Shown here one piece after another: positions 1 to 12,260 of a stretch of DNA of 64,000 nucleotides. How positions within the stretch are numbered: the stretch's first letter is position 1; each line of letters begins with the position of its first letter. Origin of the DNA: Macrostomum lignano (Eukaryota); contig NIVC01001124.1 in NCBI GenBank assembly GCA_002269645.1, positions 124,001-188,000 on the forward strand, in the 5' to 3' direction. Made by a program: the position numbers and the translations under genes. The notes under the pieces are model-generated. The model was not told where the DNA came from and ran no database searches. It saw nothing but the letters and a program-made list of their open reading frames with translations.

Positions 1-1939
1 ATATATATGCTTGAGTTTTATAGGGTAGTTACCTTTTCCTTGGCCTTTCCCAAAGGACAAAAGAGAGTGTGTGCCCCAAAAAGAATAGGAGACTTTTAGG
101 AAAATAGTCATTTAGGGGCTTTAGCCCTATTATCCCTTGAATTATCATAGCAAAGGAGTTAGAATTCATTGAATTGGGAAATAATTATATGTAAAAAATA
201 CAAAAAGCTTGCATGCATAGTAGCCATCCACCCAATGTTTTAATTGCATACATGGCAGCTATCTTATATATAGTAAGTCATATATTGTTTGAATTAATAT
301 TCAAATTAACAAAAAATAACAATGAATTAAGATTATATTTAGTATACATGGTGTATATAAAATCTAGGTTTATTTTTTGTGTGCTAAATATGCAAATTTT
401 AAAATTCCACCCTGAAATTAAAAAGTGGATGTGGTTTAGGTGCAGTCTCTTAACCTGTTTTTCCATTAAAGCCTCATTTGCACTGCCTTAAAATAAAAAA
501 GAGAAATTGCACCCTGGCCTTAAATCATATCTTAAAATTGAGCATAGGGAACAATTTTGCACCTTGTCTCTGGTGAAAAGTAAATCCTGTATGGGATAAA
601 ACATTATAAAACAATATATTAACAAAAATTTTTTGATCAGGTTTAGTTAGTAGCAATGCAAAAATTTGAGAAAAGGGTCCAATTTACTATAGTGCAATAT
701 AGGGCCTATAACCAGCTGCCAACTGCCGTGCTCGCAATTAAAACACTAGGTGGACAGCTGCTGTGCACACAAGCTCTCCGAAAAAATATAGGCATTTGCC
801 TAGGTCTAAGACAAATACACTTTATTCCGGTACTAAGTTACAGTACTCTAGTTTTTAAACTACAAGGTAACATTGTGGTTATTCTGTAACGTCATAAATA
901 GCAGGATTTTCTTTAATTCAAGTTCTAGAACTGTTTCAATCAATGTCATTTGAATTTGAACCTAAGCTAAGCTAAACAGAAACAGAAGCTAAACAGAAGG
1001 TGAAGATACAGAGGAAAGGTTGAAAAAACGACTAGATCGTTTAGAAAATTATAGTCTGCTTTTTGTAGGTTATAAATTTTAATTATAATAAAAACCATAA
1101 AAAATAAATGTACTGTGATCATAGATTCATGGACATGGCGGTGTGGGGTTTCGTTTAATATTTAAGCCTAAGGATACTTACCATATTTTTGTGAACTTCA
1201 AATGAAAAATATGTAAATGAGCTCAATGACTTTGACAAATCTTGAATGACTAGAATAAAATGCTATAAAATCTATAATTTAATCTACATAATAAAAATAT
1301 AAATGGTCCCATTCGCTGCTGTTTCGAAGAAAAAACATAATGTTTAAATTTTCTAAATATTTTTAGTTTTCGTAACGTTTCTATTCGTAATTTTTCCGGG
1401 TTTTACGCGCAAAACACAACAAAGTCGATTTTTTTATATAGTTGAGCAGAAAAAAGAAATATCCATATTTTAAATTATACAGGATATCAAGAGTCAACAA
1501 AAAAGTTCATGCATGTGCGTTTTTTATTTAACACTTAAGATTCGATAGTTACTTTATGGTATTTGTTCATCTTACAAATAACATGAATAAACAAGCAACA
1601 AAACATGTGAAATAAATTGATGACATCGTATTGAGCCTAGTTATCGAATTGGGTGCATATGTATTGATAAAAATAAGAATATTATTTCGTTCTTTCTAGG
1701 GTATCGTTATTGAATTGGCAGTAAAAGCAAATGACAGGATAAAATTAAATTACAAATTTTAGAGGATTAGAATTATTGTTTGCAATATTTATGCATGTAT
1801 AAGAGTATGTATATGTGTATGTACACGTTAAAATTCTGAGTTACGAGCTATAAATATTAAAATTAAGAAAAATATTTATCACTCTCAGCCAGCTGTCTTT
1901 GGGTTATTTTATATCTCTTTAGTTACATGATCTGCACAT

Positions 1940-3365
1940 TCATTCCCTGCACAGCCTATTAGCCCGTGTATACAACTGTTCTACCGTCATGTCGCAACTG
2001 AGGCGTACTCTGGCGTAGCGATCGTCGTTGTCATCACCTTGACGGCAATTACTGCCGCCGTCGTAATTGTTATCATCTTCTTCAGAATCTGTTACCTTTC
2101 GTTGTCCTTCAGACTGCAGTTTAGCTGATGGCAGCTGCGGTTGGCAGGTCAAATATTTTTTAATTTAGTTTTAATGGGTGTTTTGAATTCGTTAAGACAA
2201 TTGCAGGCAAATTATTTGTGCAAAAAAGCATTAATTGCATGTAGTTTAACTGCTCAAGGACTAATCTGAATAAATGGGGAATAGAATCCTCACCGACATG
2301 CTGGGATTCGGCGGCCAAAACTCTGTCCACTCGTCGGCGCTGCTGTCGCAGTGAATTCTGATAGTGCCACCATTTTTAGCGCCAAGATTCTTTTGGCTTG
2401 GCGTCTTCTTCCTGGTTTGGGAAGATTTTACTGACGTTGCAGACTTTTTTGTCTTCCTTTTCTTGCCGCTGCGCTTGCTTTCGCTGCGAGTCCCTCGCCT
2501 GCCCGGCTGTGATGCCTCAGCGGCAGTGCTTGAATTGCTGCCGTCGTGCAGCGCCGCCGCGATTAGGCGCAGCTGACGCTTCTTCTCGGCGTCCGCCAGC
2601 TGCTGCTCCTTGCTGTGCTGGCTGTTCTGGAAGGGGATGGACACAAATGCTGACGCGACTGAGACGCATTAGCCACTGCGAACAATCATAGGTAAAGATC
2701 ATATAAATGTAATCTGTGGGTAGATCGTCACAAGGTCCCTGGATAGATCATCACAGGTTTATATGTACATGTACTTCAATTAGATCATTACAGATCTGTG
2801 GGTAGATCATATCACAGGTCTATGGGTAGATACAGGTCTGTGGGTAGATAATTACAGGTCTGTAGGTATATCTTTACAGGTCTGTGGGAAGATCATTACA
2901 GGTCTGTGGGTAGATCATACCACAGGTCTGTGGGTAGATATCTTACAGGTTTGTTGGTAGATAATTACAGGTCTGTGGGAAGATCATTACAGGTCTGTGG
3001 GTAGATCATCACAGGTCTTGTGGTAGATCATTACAGGTCTGTAGGAAGATCATTACAGGTCTGTGGGCAGATGTCATTACAGGTCTGTGGGTAGATGTCA
3101 TTACAGGTCTGTGAGTAGAAACCATTACAGGTCTGTGGGTAAATTATTACAGTTCTGTGGGAAGATCAGGTCAGGTCTCTAGCATGGTCAAAGGCCCGGA
3201 GCCATGTGCAGCATCGCCACTCACCAAATTGTACATGTCCAGTTTAGCAGCCAATTCAGTGACAAACTGCCTATCAGTAACTTTAGGCGGCCGATCGCCC
3301 ATGATCTGTTCGTAGCGACTTCGGCTCTGATGCCGCTGAGCTGCCAGAACCGCGGCTGCCGACAT
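1940..3365 (-). CDS. Orphan 3-exon gene, ~222 aa, Lys/Arg/Ser-rich middle and acidic C-terminal part; function unknown
   Basis: Exons 3365-3225 (ATG, MSAAAVLAAQ...DMYNL, donor GTGAGT), 2626-2294 (acceptor ccccttccAG, donor GTGAGG) and 2134-1940 (acceptor ccgcAG, stop). All are phase 0 with lengths divisible by 3. No family recognised. Confidence 0.6.
2720..3170. repeat. Degenerate ~22-24 bp minisatellite (acaggtctgtgggtagatcatt) in intron 1 of the orphan gene
   Basis: Tandem copies directly visible. Confidence 0.9.
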
Positions 3366-3751
3366 TGTGCTCTCTGTGTATAGCTGTATGCCTCTTGAGT
3401 CCAAGTCTAAGACCGAGCCTTTGGCTGTCTTTGAGCTACTGTATAGTTATAAACCCATGTATAAGTGCTGCTCTTTTATCTATTTTAAAACACCGATGCC
3501 AAGGATTTCTATAATTAACATCTGAAATGGAAAGCCTCAAGCTGCACTCCCCTCAAGGTCGTCACATCAACATGTATATGAACGAAACTACATACATGTA
3601 TTCGATTTATTTATAAATCTACTCAGAACTAAATGTTTACATGTATACTCCGACAGGACCCAACTAATAGCTATGCTTGTTTTCCTAAAGTTTGAATTTA
3701 AGGCGCCAGCACTAGCGAATGTTAACAACAGGGAACCCCAGCGCAAGGGGA

Positions 3752-4117
3752 CGCCAGCACCAAGGGGCGCCAGCACCAAGGGGCGCCAGCACCAAGGGGC
3801 GCCAGCACCAAGGGGCGCCAGCACCAAGGGGCGCCAGCACCAAGGGGCGCCAGCACCAAGGGGCGCCAGCACCAAGGGGCGCCAGCACCAAGGGGCGCCA
3901 GCACCAAGGGGCGCCAGCACCAAGGGGCGCCAGCACCAAGGGGCGCCAGCACCAAGGGGCGCCAGCACCAAGGGGCGCCAGCACCAAGGGGCGCCAGCAC
4001 CAAGGGGCGCCAGCACCAAGGGGCGCCAGCACCAAGGGGCGCCAGCACCAAGGGGCGCCAGCACCAAGGGGCGCCAGCACCAAGGGGCGCCAGCACCAAG
4101 GGGCGCCAGCACCAAGG
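3752..4117. repeat. Near-perfect 17-bp tandem repeat (gcgccagcaccaagggg), ~21 copies
   Basis: Directly visible; it explains the overlapping ORFs at 3588-4216. Confidence 0.97.
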
Positions 4118-4819
4118 GAAATGACAGGAAAATGAAGAGGGCCTGGAAGTGGCGAGTTTCCAAACCAGACTCTGAAATAAAGTAACTCCTTGGCCTACTT
4201 CGCATTCAGAGCGCACTCATCAAGGCTTTAAGATTTTAAGTAGGAGAGACTAAAAGACAGGACAGGCAAGCTCATTGGACAACATTTGCACCCTGAAATA
4301 ATAAGAGGGAGGGCCCACACTAAGGTAAGGGCTTCTGCAACTGCAGAGATAATTTCGGCTATGCAGAGACAATCAAGACTCAAGCTACACATGAACTTCA
4401 TTTAGTGGTGCTTGTTTTAAAGCGCTACTGCGCTCGTGCGGTAAAGACAGAGAGGGCGCCGGTGCAAGAGCTGAAAATGCCTTGTAGCTACAGAATATTC
4501 TGCACCGCATGGACTCGTTCACCTGATATTACGAGTATCACAGCCACACGGCAAACTTTGTACCTTTGAAAAATGCAAATTGGGTGTAAATATGTCTGAA
4601 TTTGAGTCAGGGTTTCATTTTTTTCTAAAAAGGGCAAAGTGCTCTTTTAATTAAAGTGACAAACAGAATATTTAGTCGTAACATTGAGAGACAAAAACTT
4701 TACATGTATAGTTTCAAAGTGTTTAAGAACTTGATTTTTGGAAGGTCAGCATTAGACAAAATATTGTTCTGTTCATAGAAGGACACATTCTTCTTTAATT
4801 GGATTTCTTAAAAATAGGC

Positions 4820-7260
4820 TCTACCCTCTGACCGCAAAAGGGCACTGCTAATCACTGTCCTCCAATGCCTAAGGTAACCGCGCTGAGGGGCTGGAAGGTC
4901 GGGGAGCCAAACCGGCCGCTAGCAGTTTTCTTGATTTCTTTTTCCTCCTTTCTTCTGTGACTCAGCTCACCCCTTCCCGCTTCAGCCATGGCTTCTACCG
5001 CCCGAAAAATCCCGCTGAAGCCGGGACCCCGGCAACTCCGGCCGGTGACTCCGGTGCCAGCGCCGCCTCACCGGGGGCAGATGGGCTCGTCGCCGGCTTG
5101 TCTGGCGACAAGCCCACACGTGCACCCGGGCCCTCCGCGGAGGTCCGACGTGCTCGCAACCAACGCCGTAATGAGCGGCGACGGCGACAACGAGGAGCTA
5201 CGGGCCGGCCACCTGCGGAGGGGGAACCTAGGGAGGGCGAGGCTGCTGTTGGGCTGAAAGAAACCACAGCGACCCGTCCCCCAGGATACAACCACCGCTG
5301 GTGAGCCACCCAGCAAACCTGCACTGCAGCGCGGCCAGACTGTAGGGAACCGCCGCCACCAACTACGCCTCCACTAGCTCCAACCGGCGGTCATCGTCTT
5401 CGGAAAGTAGCAAGACCTCCCTGCCGATGAACTCGACAGTGCCTGGCGCACCATCGATGCTGCGCTCATTGACCAGCTCCTGGCAGGCCGCCCTGTGAGT
5501 GTGGTCAGCTCAGCCAAGACCGTGCAACTCTCGCAGTCTACGCAAAGCTAAACTGGCCAGAAAAGCTCGGCAAACTCGTCTTCGCCGGCGAGGGCGAACG
5601 ACAAAAGACCCAGCGCTCCCGGTCGGCAGTACCATTAAGTCCGGAGATCAGCTTAGGCAGATCCTACTAATAAAGCTGCACCCTGACCTCGAAGTCAACG
5701 GAGAAGGGGGCTGCGGTGATCCTAGGGCTCTCTGACGCCTACATGTAAGTCCACAATTCACCTTGGCCTGACTAAGCTGACCATCCTCCGCTGTGAGGAG
5801 CGGAAAGCTGATGAAGTCAAGCATGCCGAGGCTTCCGAAACCGGAACTGGGGCCCAGGCTCCTCCGGCAAAGAAGCTGAGGCAAACGGCTGACCCCCAGC
5901 CCAGTGAGGCAGTTTGCTCTGCTGAAACCGGCAATCGCAACCGCGGACCTGCTAGGAGCACTCGGAGGTCCGGTCTGATTCAGCGTGCGCTGGACCAGGC
6001 CAAGAGCCTCTGGGCGCATCTTCAGCGGGTCCGCATTCCAGAAGGCCAGGCTGTAGGCGGGGAGGCTCTGACCAACTGGCTCGAGTCTGCGACTCACCAG
6101 GAGGCTGGCGTCACCCGCATCGACCTGACCGACGAGGCGGAGGGTCTGGGTAGTGACGGCACCGAAGCACGCAGGGGAGGCGACGGTAACGTCCACGCTG
6201 GGCTCAGGCCCGCGGAGGACTCCACAGCCACCCTAACTGCCGAGGACGCTGAAACTCCCATGCGTTACGCCAAGCTCGACATGCCGGGGCTCATCCTCGT
6301 CCAGGAACCATGGACCCTGAAAGGTAAGCCTCAGAACGCCCCGTCCGGCTACAACTTTTTTATACTTACCCTCGCGAGGCCAACCAGCCTCCTAGAGCCT
6401 GCATCTTTACGGTCAAAACGCTCAGTGCGTGGCTCAGATCGAACCTGTGTGTAAGAGGGACATCTGTGTCATCCAATCCGAGGACCTGCTTTCTGGAAAC
6501 CAGAAAGCCCCCAGAGCCCTAGCTACGCTGGTCGAGCTCTGCTCTGCCAAAAACTACGAGCTCAATGGACCAGCACGGGCATTAATCAGAGGACCTCCTA
6601 GCCTACGTTGCCTCGACGACCCTCGAGTTCTGCAACTCGTGGACCCCTACATTTGACAAGGGACGGTGGTCGGAGGTGATCGATGCCACACTCGCAACGC
6701 CCAGACTCAACCAGAGCATTGGGGCGTGGCATGTGCTTCCCAGCGCCCTCACTCTCCGATCACAAGTTCATCTCCTTCAACCTGATGGCCGCACGCAGCC
6801 CAAATCGCGTTACGTGGACACGGAACGCCAGAAACACTGATTGGGAAACCTTCGGGATCACCCTGAAGGAGTTCCATCTGTCTTCCGGCCAACCATCCAC
6901 ACGATCACATCGTGCCAAGAAGCGGATGAGTGCGCGACTGTGCTGACAGAAACGCTAACCGCCGCCTTTGAGGCATCCTGTCCTTTAAAAGCCTATAGGG
7001 AAAAGGGAAAAATCTGTGCCGTGGTGTAATCCCGAGCTCGGCGACCTCCGCCACAGAGCTTAGAGACTCCACCGCAGAGCAACTAAAACCAAGAGCCCAG
7101 CGGACCAAACCGCCTATCATGAAGCAACAATCCATGAGTTTAAAAGGCAGGTTAGGAACGCGAAAGCTCAGAAATGGCGTCAATACTGCGAGGAGCTAGA
7201 GGGCTCGCGCCCCACCTCCAGAATTGTGAAAGTGCTTACGCTGGACACAATGTCTAAATG
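4820..7260 (+). mobile_element. Degenerate non-LTR retrotransposon (R1/LOA-like): ORF1 remnant, APE endonuclease and linker, truncated before the RT
   Basis: Frameshifted fragments LILVQEPW (APE motif), LSDHKFISF (APE C-terminal SDH), RNTDWETF, LTAAFEASCP, VPWWNPEL and RNAKAQKWRQYCEELE are typical of R1/LOA-group ORF2. Confidence 0.8.
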
Positions 7261-7269
7261 TGCTCAATT

Positions 7270-7540
7270 CACAATAGGGTTTCTTAGAAATAAGGCCGAT
7301 GATGACGAGTCGAGCTCAATCCTAAATTGGGTTTCTTAGAAATACGGGTAGGTTCTATGATTGACTAGCTCAATCCTAAATTGGGTTTCTTAGAAATACG
7401 GGTAGGTTCTATGATTGACGAGCTCAATCCTAAATTGGGTTTCTTAGAAATACGGGTAGGTTCTATGATTGACGAGCTCAATCCTAAATTGGGTTTATTA
7501 GAAACAGGTTCGAGGACCGACGAGCTCAATCCGAAATTGG
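7270..7540. repeat. ~54-bp tandem repeat (gagctcaatcctaaattgggtttcttagaaatacgggtaggttctatgattgac), ~4-5 copies
   Basis: Directly visible; abuts the truncated end of the retroposon. Confidence 0.9.
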
Positions 7541-8069
7541 CCTCATCTCTCGAGACTATAGAGTTTATCGAGAATAGTACGAGTGTACAGCAGCCCTGAC
7601 TTTCTTATCGACAGCCATGTACACTCCGTGCCTTGAGGGATTGGCCCTCGTGATCATTTGGTCCCATTTGTGCGACAGTGTGACCTGGCCTGGACAACTG
7701 GAAAATGATTGTCCCGTATCTCATGACAATGTCTAAATTAAGCCTTTGTTTAACCAAGTACTCAAACCAGAGGTGAGAGGGTACACTGCTCAAGCAAGAG
7801 AGCAAATATAATTAATCACAAGCAAATATTGACAGGGCATCATGAGCACCAGTGCAGCCTGACCAACAGACAGACAGCTCCTCCCTCATCATCTCAGCTT
7901 CGACTGTGTAAGGAAGCGCATATACGTGTAGCTAGGCATTACTTTGTGTCCCAAACTGCACTAGTCAGTCTGCAGTCAGATGTTGTTGAGAGTTGCTTTT
8001 ACAGACCCCCGAACTTCCCATTATCCAGTTTTTACAATGCCAAAATTTCATGATGCTAAAGGTTCACAA

Positions 8070-10150
8070 ACAACCAATGTTTATTACACGGCCTTTCAGA
8101 ACCCTGTTTATTACACACGGCCTTTCACAACCCTAATGTTTATTACACACGGCCATTCACAACCCCAATGTTTATTACACACGGCCTTTCCCAACCCCAA
8201 TGTTTATTACACACGGCCTTTCACAACCCCAATGTTTTTTACACACGGCCTTTCACAACCCTAATGTTTATTACACACGGCCTTTCACAACCCTAATGTT
8301 TATTACACACGGCCTTTCAGAACCCTAATGTTTATTACACACGGCCTTTCACAACCCTAATGTTTATTACACACGGCCTTTCACAACCCTAATGTTTATT
8401 ACACACGGCCATTCACAACCCCAATGTTTATTACACACGGCCTTTCCCAACCCCAATGTTTATTACACACGGCCTTTCACAACCCCAATGTTTTTTACAC
8501 ACGGCCTTTCACAACCCTAATGTTTATTACACACGGCCTTTCACAACCCCAATGTTAATTACACACGGCCTTTCAGAACCCTAATGTTTATTACACACGG
8601 CCTTTCACAACCCTAATGTTTATTACACACGGCCTTTCACAACCCTAATGTTTATTACACACGGCCATTCACAACCCCAATGTTTATTACACACGGCCTT
8701 TCACAACCCCAATGTTTATTACACACGGCCTTTCACAACCCCAATGTTTTTTACACACGGCCTTTCACAACCCTAATGTTTATTACACACGGCCTTTCAC
8801 AACCCCAATGTTAATTACACACAGCCTTTTACAACCCTAATGTTTATTACACACGGCCTTTCACAACCCTGTTTATTACACACGGCCTTTCACAACCCCA
8901 ATGTTTATTACACACGGCCTTTCACAACCCCAATGTTAATTACACACGGCCTTTCACAACCCTAATGTTTATTACACACGGCCTTTCCCAACCCCAATGT
9001 TTATTACACACGGCCTTTCACAACCCTAATTTTAATTACACACGGCCTTTTACAACCCTAATGTTTATTACACACGGCCCTTTACAACCCCAATGTTTAT
9101 CACACACGGCCTTTCACAACCCCAATGTTTATTACACACGGCCTTTTACAACCCCAATGTTAATTACACACGGCCATTCACAACCCCAATGTTTATTACA
9201 CACGGCCTTTCACAACCCCAATGTTTATTACACACGGCCTTTCACAACCCCAATGTTTTTTACACACGGCCTTTCACAACCCTAATGTTTATTACACACG
9301 GCCTTTCACAACCCCAATGTTAATTACACACAGCCTTTTACAACCCTAATGTTTATTACACACGGCCTTTCACAACCCTGTTTATTACACACGGCCTTTC
9401 ACAACCCCAATGTTTATTACACACGGCCTTTCACAACCCCAATGTTAATTACACACGGCCTTTCACAACCCTAATGTTTATTACACACGGCCTTTCACAA
9501 CCCTAATGTTTATTACACACGGCCTTTCACAACCCTAATGTTTATTACACACGGCCTTTCACAACCCTAATGTTTATTACACACGGCCTTTCCCAACCCC
9601 AATGTTTATTACACACGGCCTTTCACAACCCTAATTTTAATTACACACGGCCTTTTACAACCCTAATGTTTATTACACACGGCCCTTTACAACCCCAATG
9701 TTTATCACACACGGCCTTTCACAACCCCAATGTTTATTACACACGGCCTTTTACAACCCCAATGTTAATTACACACGGCCTTTCACAACCCTAATGTTTT
9801 TTACACACGGCCTTTCACAACCCTAATGTTTATTACACACGGCCTTTCACAACCCCAATGTTAATTACACACGGCCTTTCACAACCCCAATGTTAATTAC
9901 ACACGGCCTTTCACAACCCTAATGTTTATTACACACGGCCTTTCACAACCCCAATGTTAATTACACACGGCCTTTCACAACCCTAATGTTTATTACACAC
10001 GGCCTTTCACAACCCTAATGTTTATTACACACGGCCTTTCACAACCCTAATGTTTATTACACACGGCCTTTCACAACCCTAATGTTTATTACACACGGCC
10101 TTTCACAACCCTAATGTTTATTACACATGGACTTTCACAACCCCAATACA
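8070..10150. repeat. 32-bp satellite (aatgtttattacacacggcctttcacaaccct), ~2.1 kb
   Basis: Directly visible, with recurring variant blocks. Confidence 0.97.
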
Positions 10151-11138
10151 CACGCACTTTCACAACCCTCAATTTTAAGTACACACGCAGCTTCATAACT
10201 CCCAATTTTGAACAGCATTGGGGTTGTGAACTCGAGTGTTATTTGGGAATGTGAAACACCCCTTAGCTTTAAAAAGCAATTAAACGACTACAAACAGTTT
10301 ACTTGTAAAATTTGCTTAATATAATACTAGTAAATAGTATAGCAAATAGCATGTAATTACGATAGGGTAAATATGCTTGTATATTTTCTATGAATAATAA
10401 AGCTCAAAACCATATAGCAAATTTATACATTTATAATATATCATCATTCAATTAAAATCGAATAGATTCGCAAGATGACCGCATCTGCATTGACTAAGGT
10501 GTGACAATATCAGACAGGCATAGGAGTACATATTTTGAGACCGAATCATACCAAAATTCGAGCAAGCAACAGAGAAAAAAGATTAAAACCTACGTCATGC
10601 TTAGTAACGTTAATAACTGTAAGTTAGAAAGACGCAATTACTATAGTCTGTAAAGTAATATAAATATGTACAACAATGCATAAAATCAATAAAATCTTCG
10701 GCTAGCAGAACCGAAGCGAGCTATTTTTGATAATTTTATTGGAAGCTATTTGGGAAAATATTATCTAGGCAAGAATATTATTGATATACTTATCCACTTA
10801 AATAGGGTGCCGTGGCCCAGCCTCGATTCCCAAGTGCAGTCACATTAATTTTATGGCTAAATCGGAATCTCAGCTTGGCTCTGCTCGTGCAATTAACGCC
10901 CTTGAAGGCCAACCCCCAAGGCACAGTGAAGTGTACATGCTAAACGATAAAATAAAGTTAGGGCCGCTGTACACTCCTGTGCTTGTGTGCCTGCTCAGGG
11001 GAGTTGGCGGAATGGGCAGTTATGCCTCTCGCCGGTTGTGTGACAATGTCGCTTAAAGTGCGCCAGGGTGCACACAGCCCTCTGCCTCTAACTAAAAACC
11101 AAAACTATCCACTTATAAATCTTTTTGATATTTGCAAC

Positions 11139-11662
11139 CAGTGGTGTGATTGGAAAGTTTGCCAAATTTCGCGCCGACTAAAAAAATTTTCGCGCCATGC
11201 CAATAATATTCTACTGACAGCCAAATAAGTCAATTGATGACACTTTTGAAGATGCGTCTGGCTACCAATTAGCATATCTCTTAAGTCACAGCCGTGTCCC
11301 CCCTGAACTTCTTGTTGGCGATGTCTGCAGGCAGACGACTGCTCGTGCTGGTGATTGACGACGTTGACAGCAGCTCAGCAGCCTTGCGCTTTAAGACGAG
11401 CTCAGCTAGCTTCTCTGCCTCCTTCTGTTTCTTCTTCTGCTGCTGACGCCTGAGATTGAACTCAGTTTGTTAGATTAATCTCCTAAGCTATGACATTCTT
11501 GTATTTCATACTGTCTGACAAGAGAATAAGTGTAAAAAGCAGAAAATAAGAATGCAATTTTCGCGCCCATGGTTCCACAAAATTTCGCGCCAGACCCCCA
11601 GGATTCGCGCATTCGCGCCATTTTCGCGCCTGGCGCGAATTCGCGCCTGAATCACACCACTG
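11139..11662. mobile_element. Non-autonomous hAT-type element, 524 bp
   Basis: TIR cagtggtgtgatt / aatcacaccactg; perfect 8-bp TSD tttgcaac at 11131-11138 and 11663-11670. Confidence 0.88.
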
Positions 11663-12260
11663 TTTGCAACCCAGATGAAACTCCAACTGTCTCGCAGGCT
11701 TAACAATGATGAAAAGTTTTTAAGAAAAAACTACTATTCCAGCCTACTGTTAAGTAGTCGGATATGTCCATTTTGGCCATAGACTGTGTCGTTTTAATCT
11801 TCTAAAAATAATTCGAAACTAAGAGTAAACCATGCGCGCTCTGAAACACTGACCAGAGAGACGGATCAAAAACGGAGGGATCAATACAATTTGGACGAAA
11901 AAGCAAATAAACACAGATTTTCGCGTTAACAGAAAACGGAGGCTAACTTATAAGAAAGCAACAAAGACACAACTCAGTAATAATACAGCATTTAAATATC
12001 TGTGGAAATAATCCGGATGAAATATATAATGATTTACAACTTTCTGTTTCATAAATATTAGTTTCTATTCCGCAGTTTGTCTTATCATTATTAGCCATAC
12101 GCAACACATATACTACTGATCAGTAGCTCTAAACACAAATGAACAGTAAAAATGTGTTTAAAAGCATAAAATTGAACTAGCAAATTAGGCATTACTACAC
12201 AAGCACAGCGTGTGTATTCAGAGGTTCAGAGCATAGCCCAAACAATTTAAACAAATTAAT

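Noticed and set aside
3588-4216. Five overlapping ORFs of 123-205 aa
   Set aside because: They are translations of a stop-free 17-bp tandem repeat.
11280-11460. Candidate last ZDHHC exon
   Set aside because: The coding-like frame is phase-incompatible and lies inside a TSD-bounded hAT element; 12343-12261 fits the phase.
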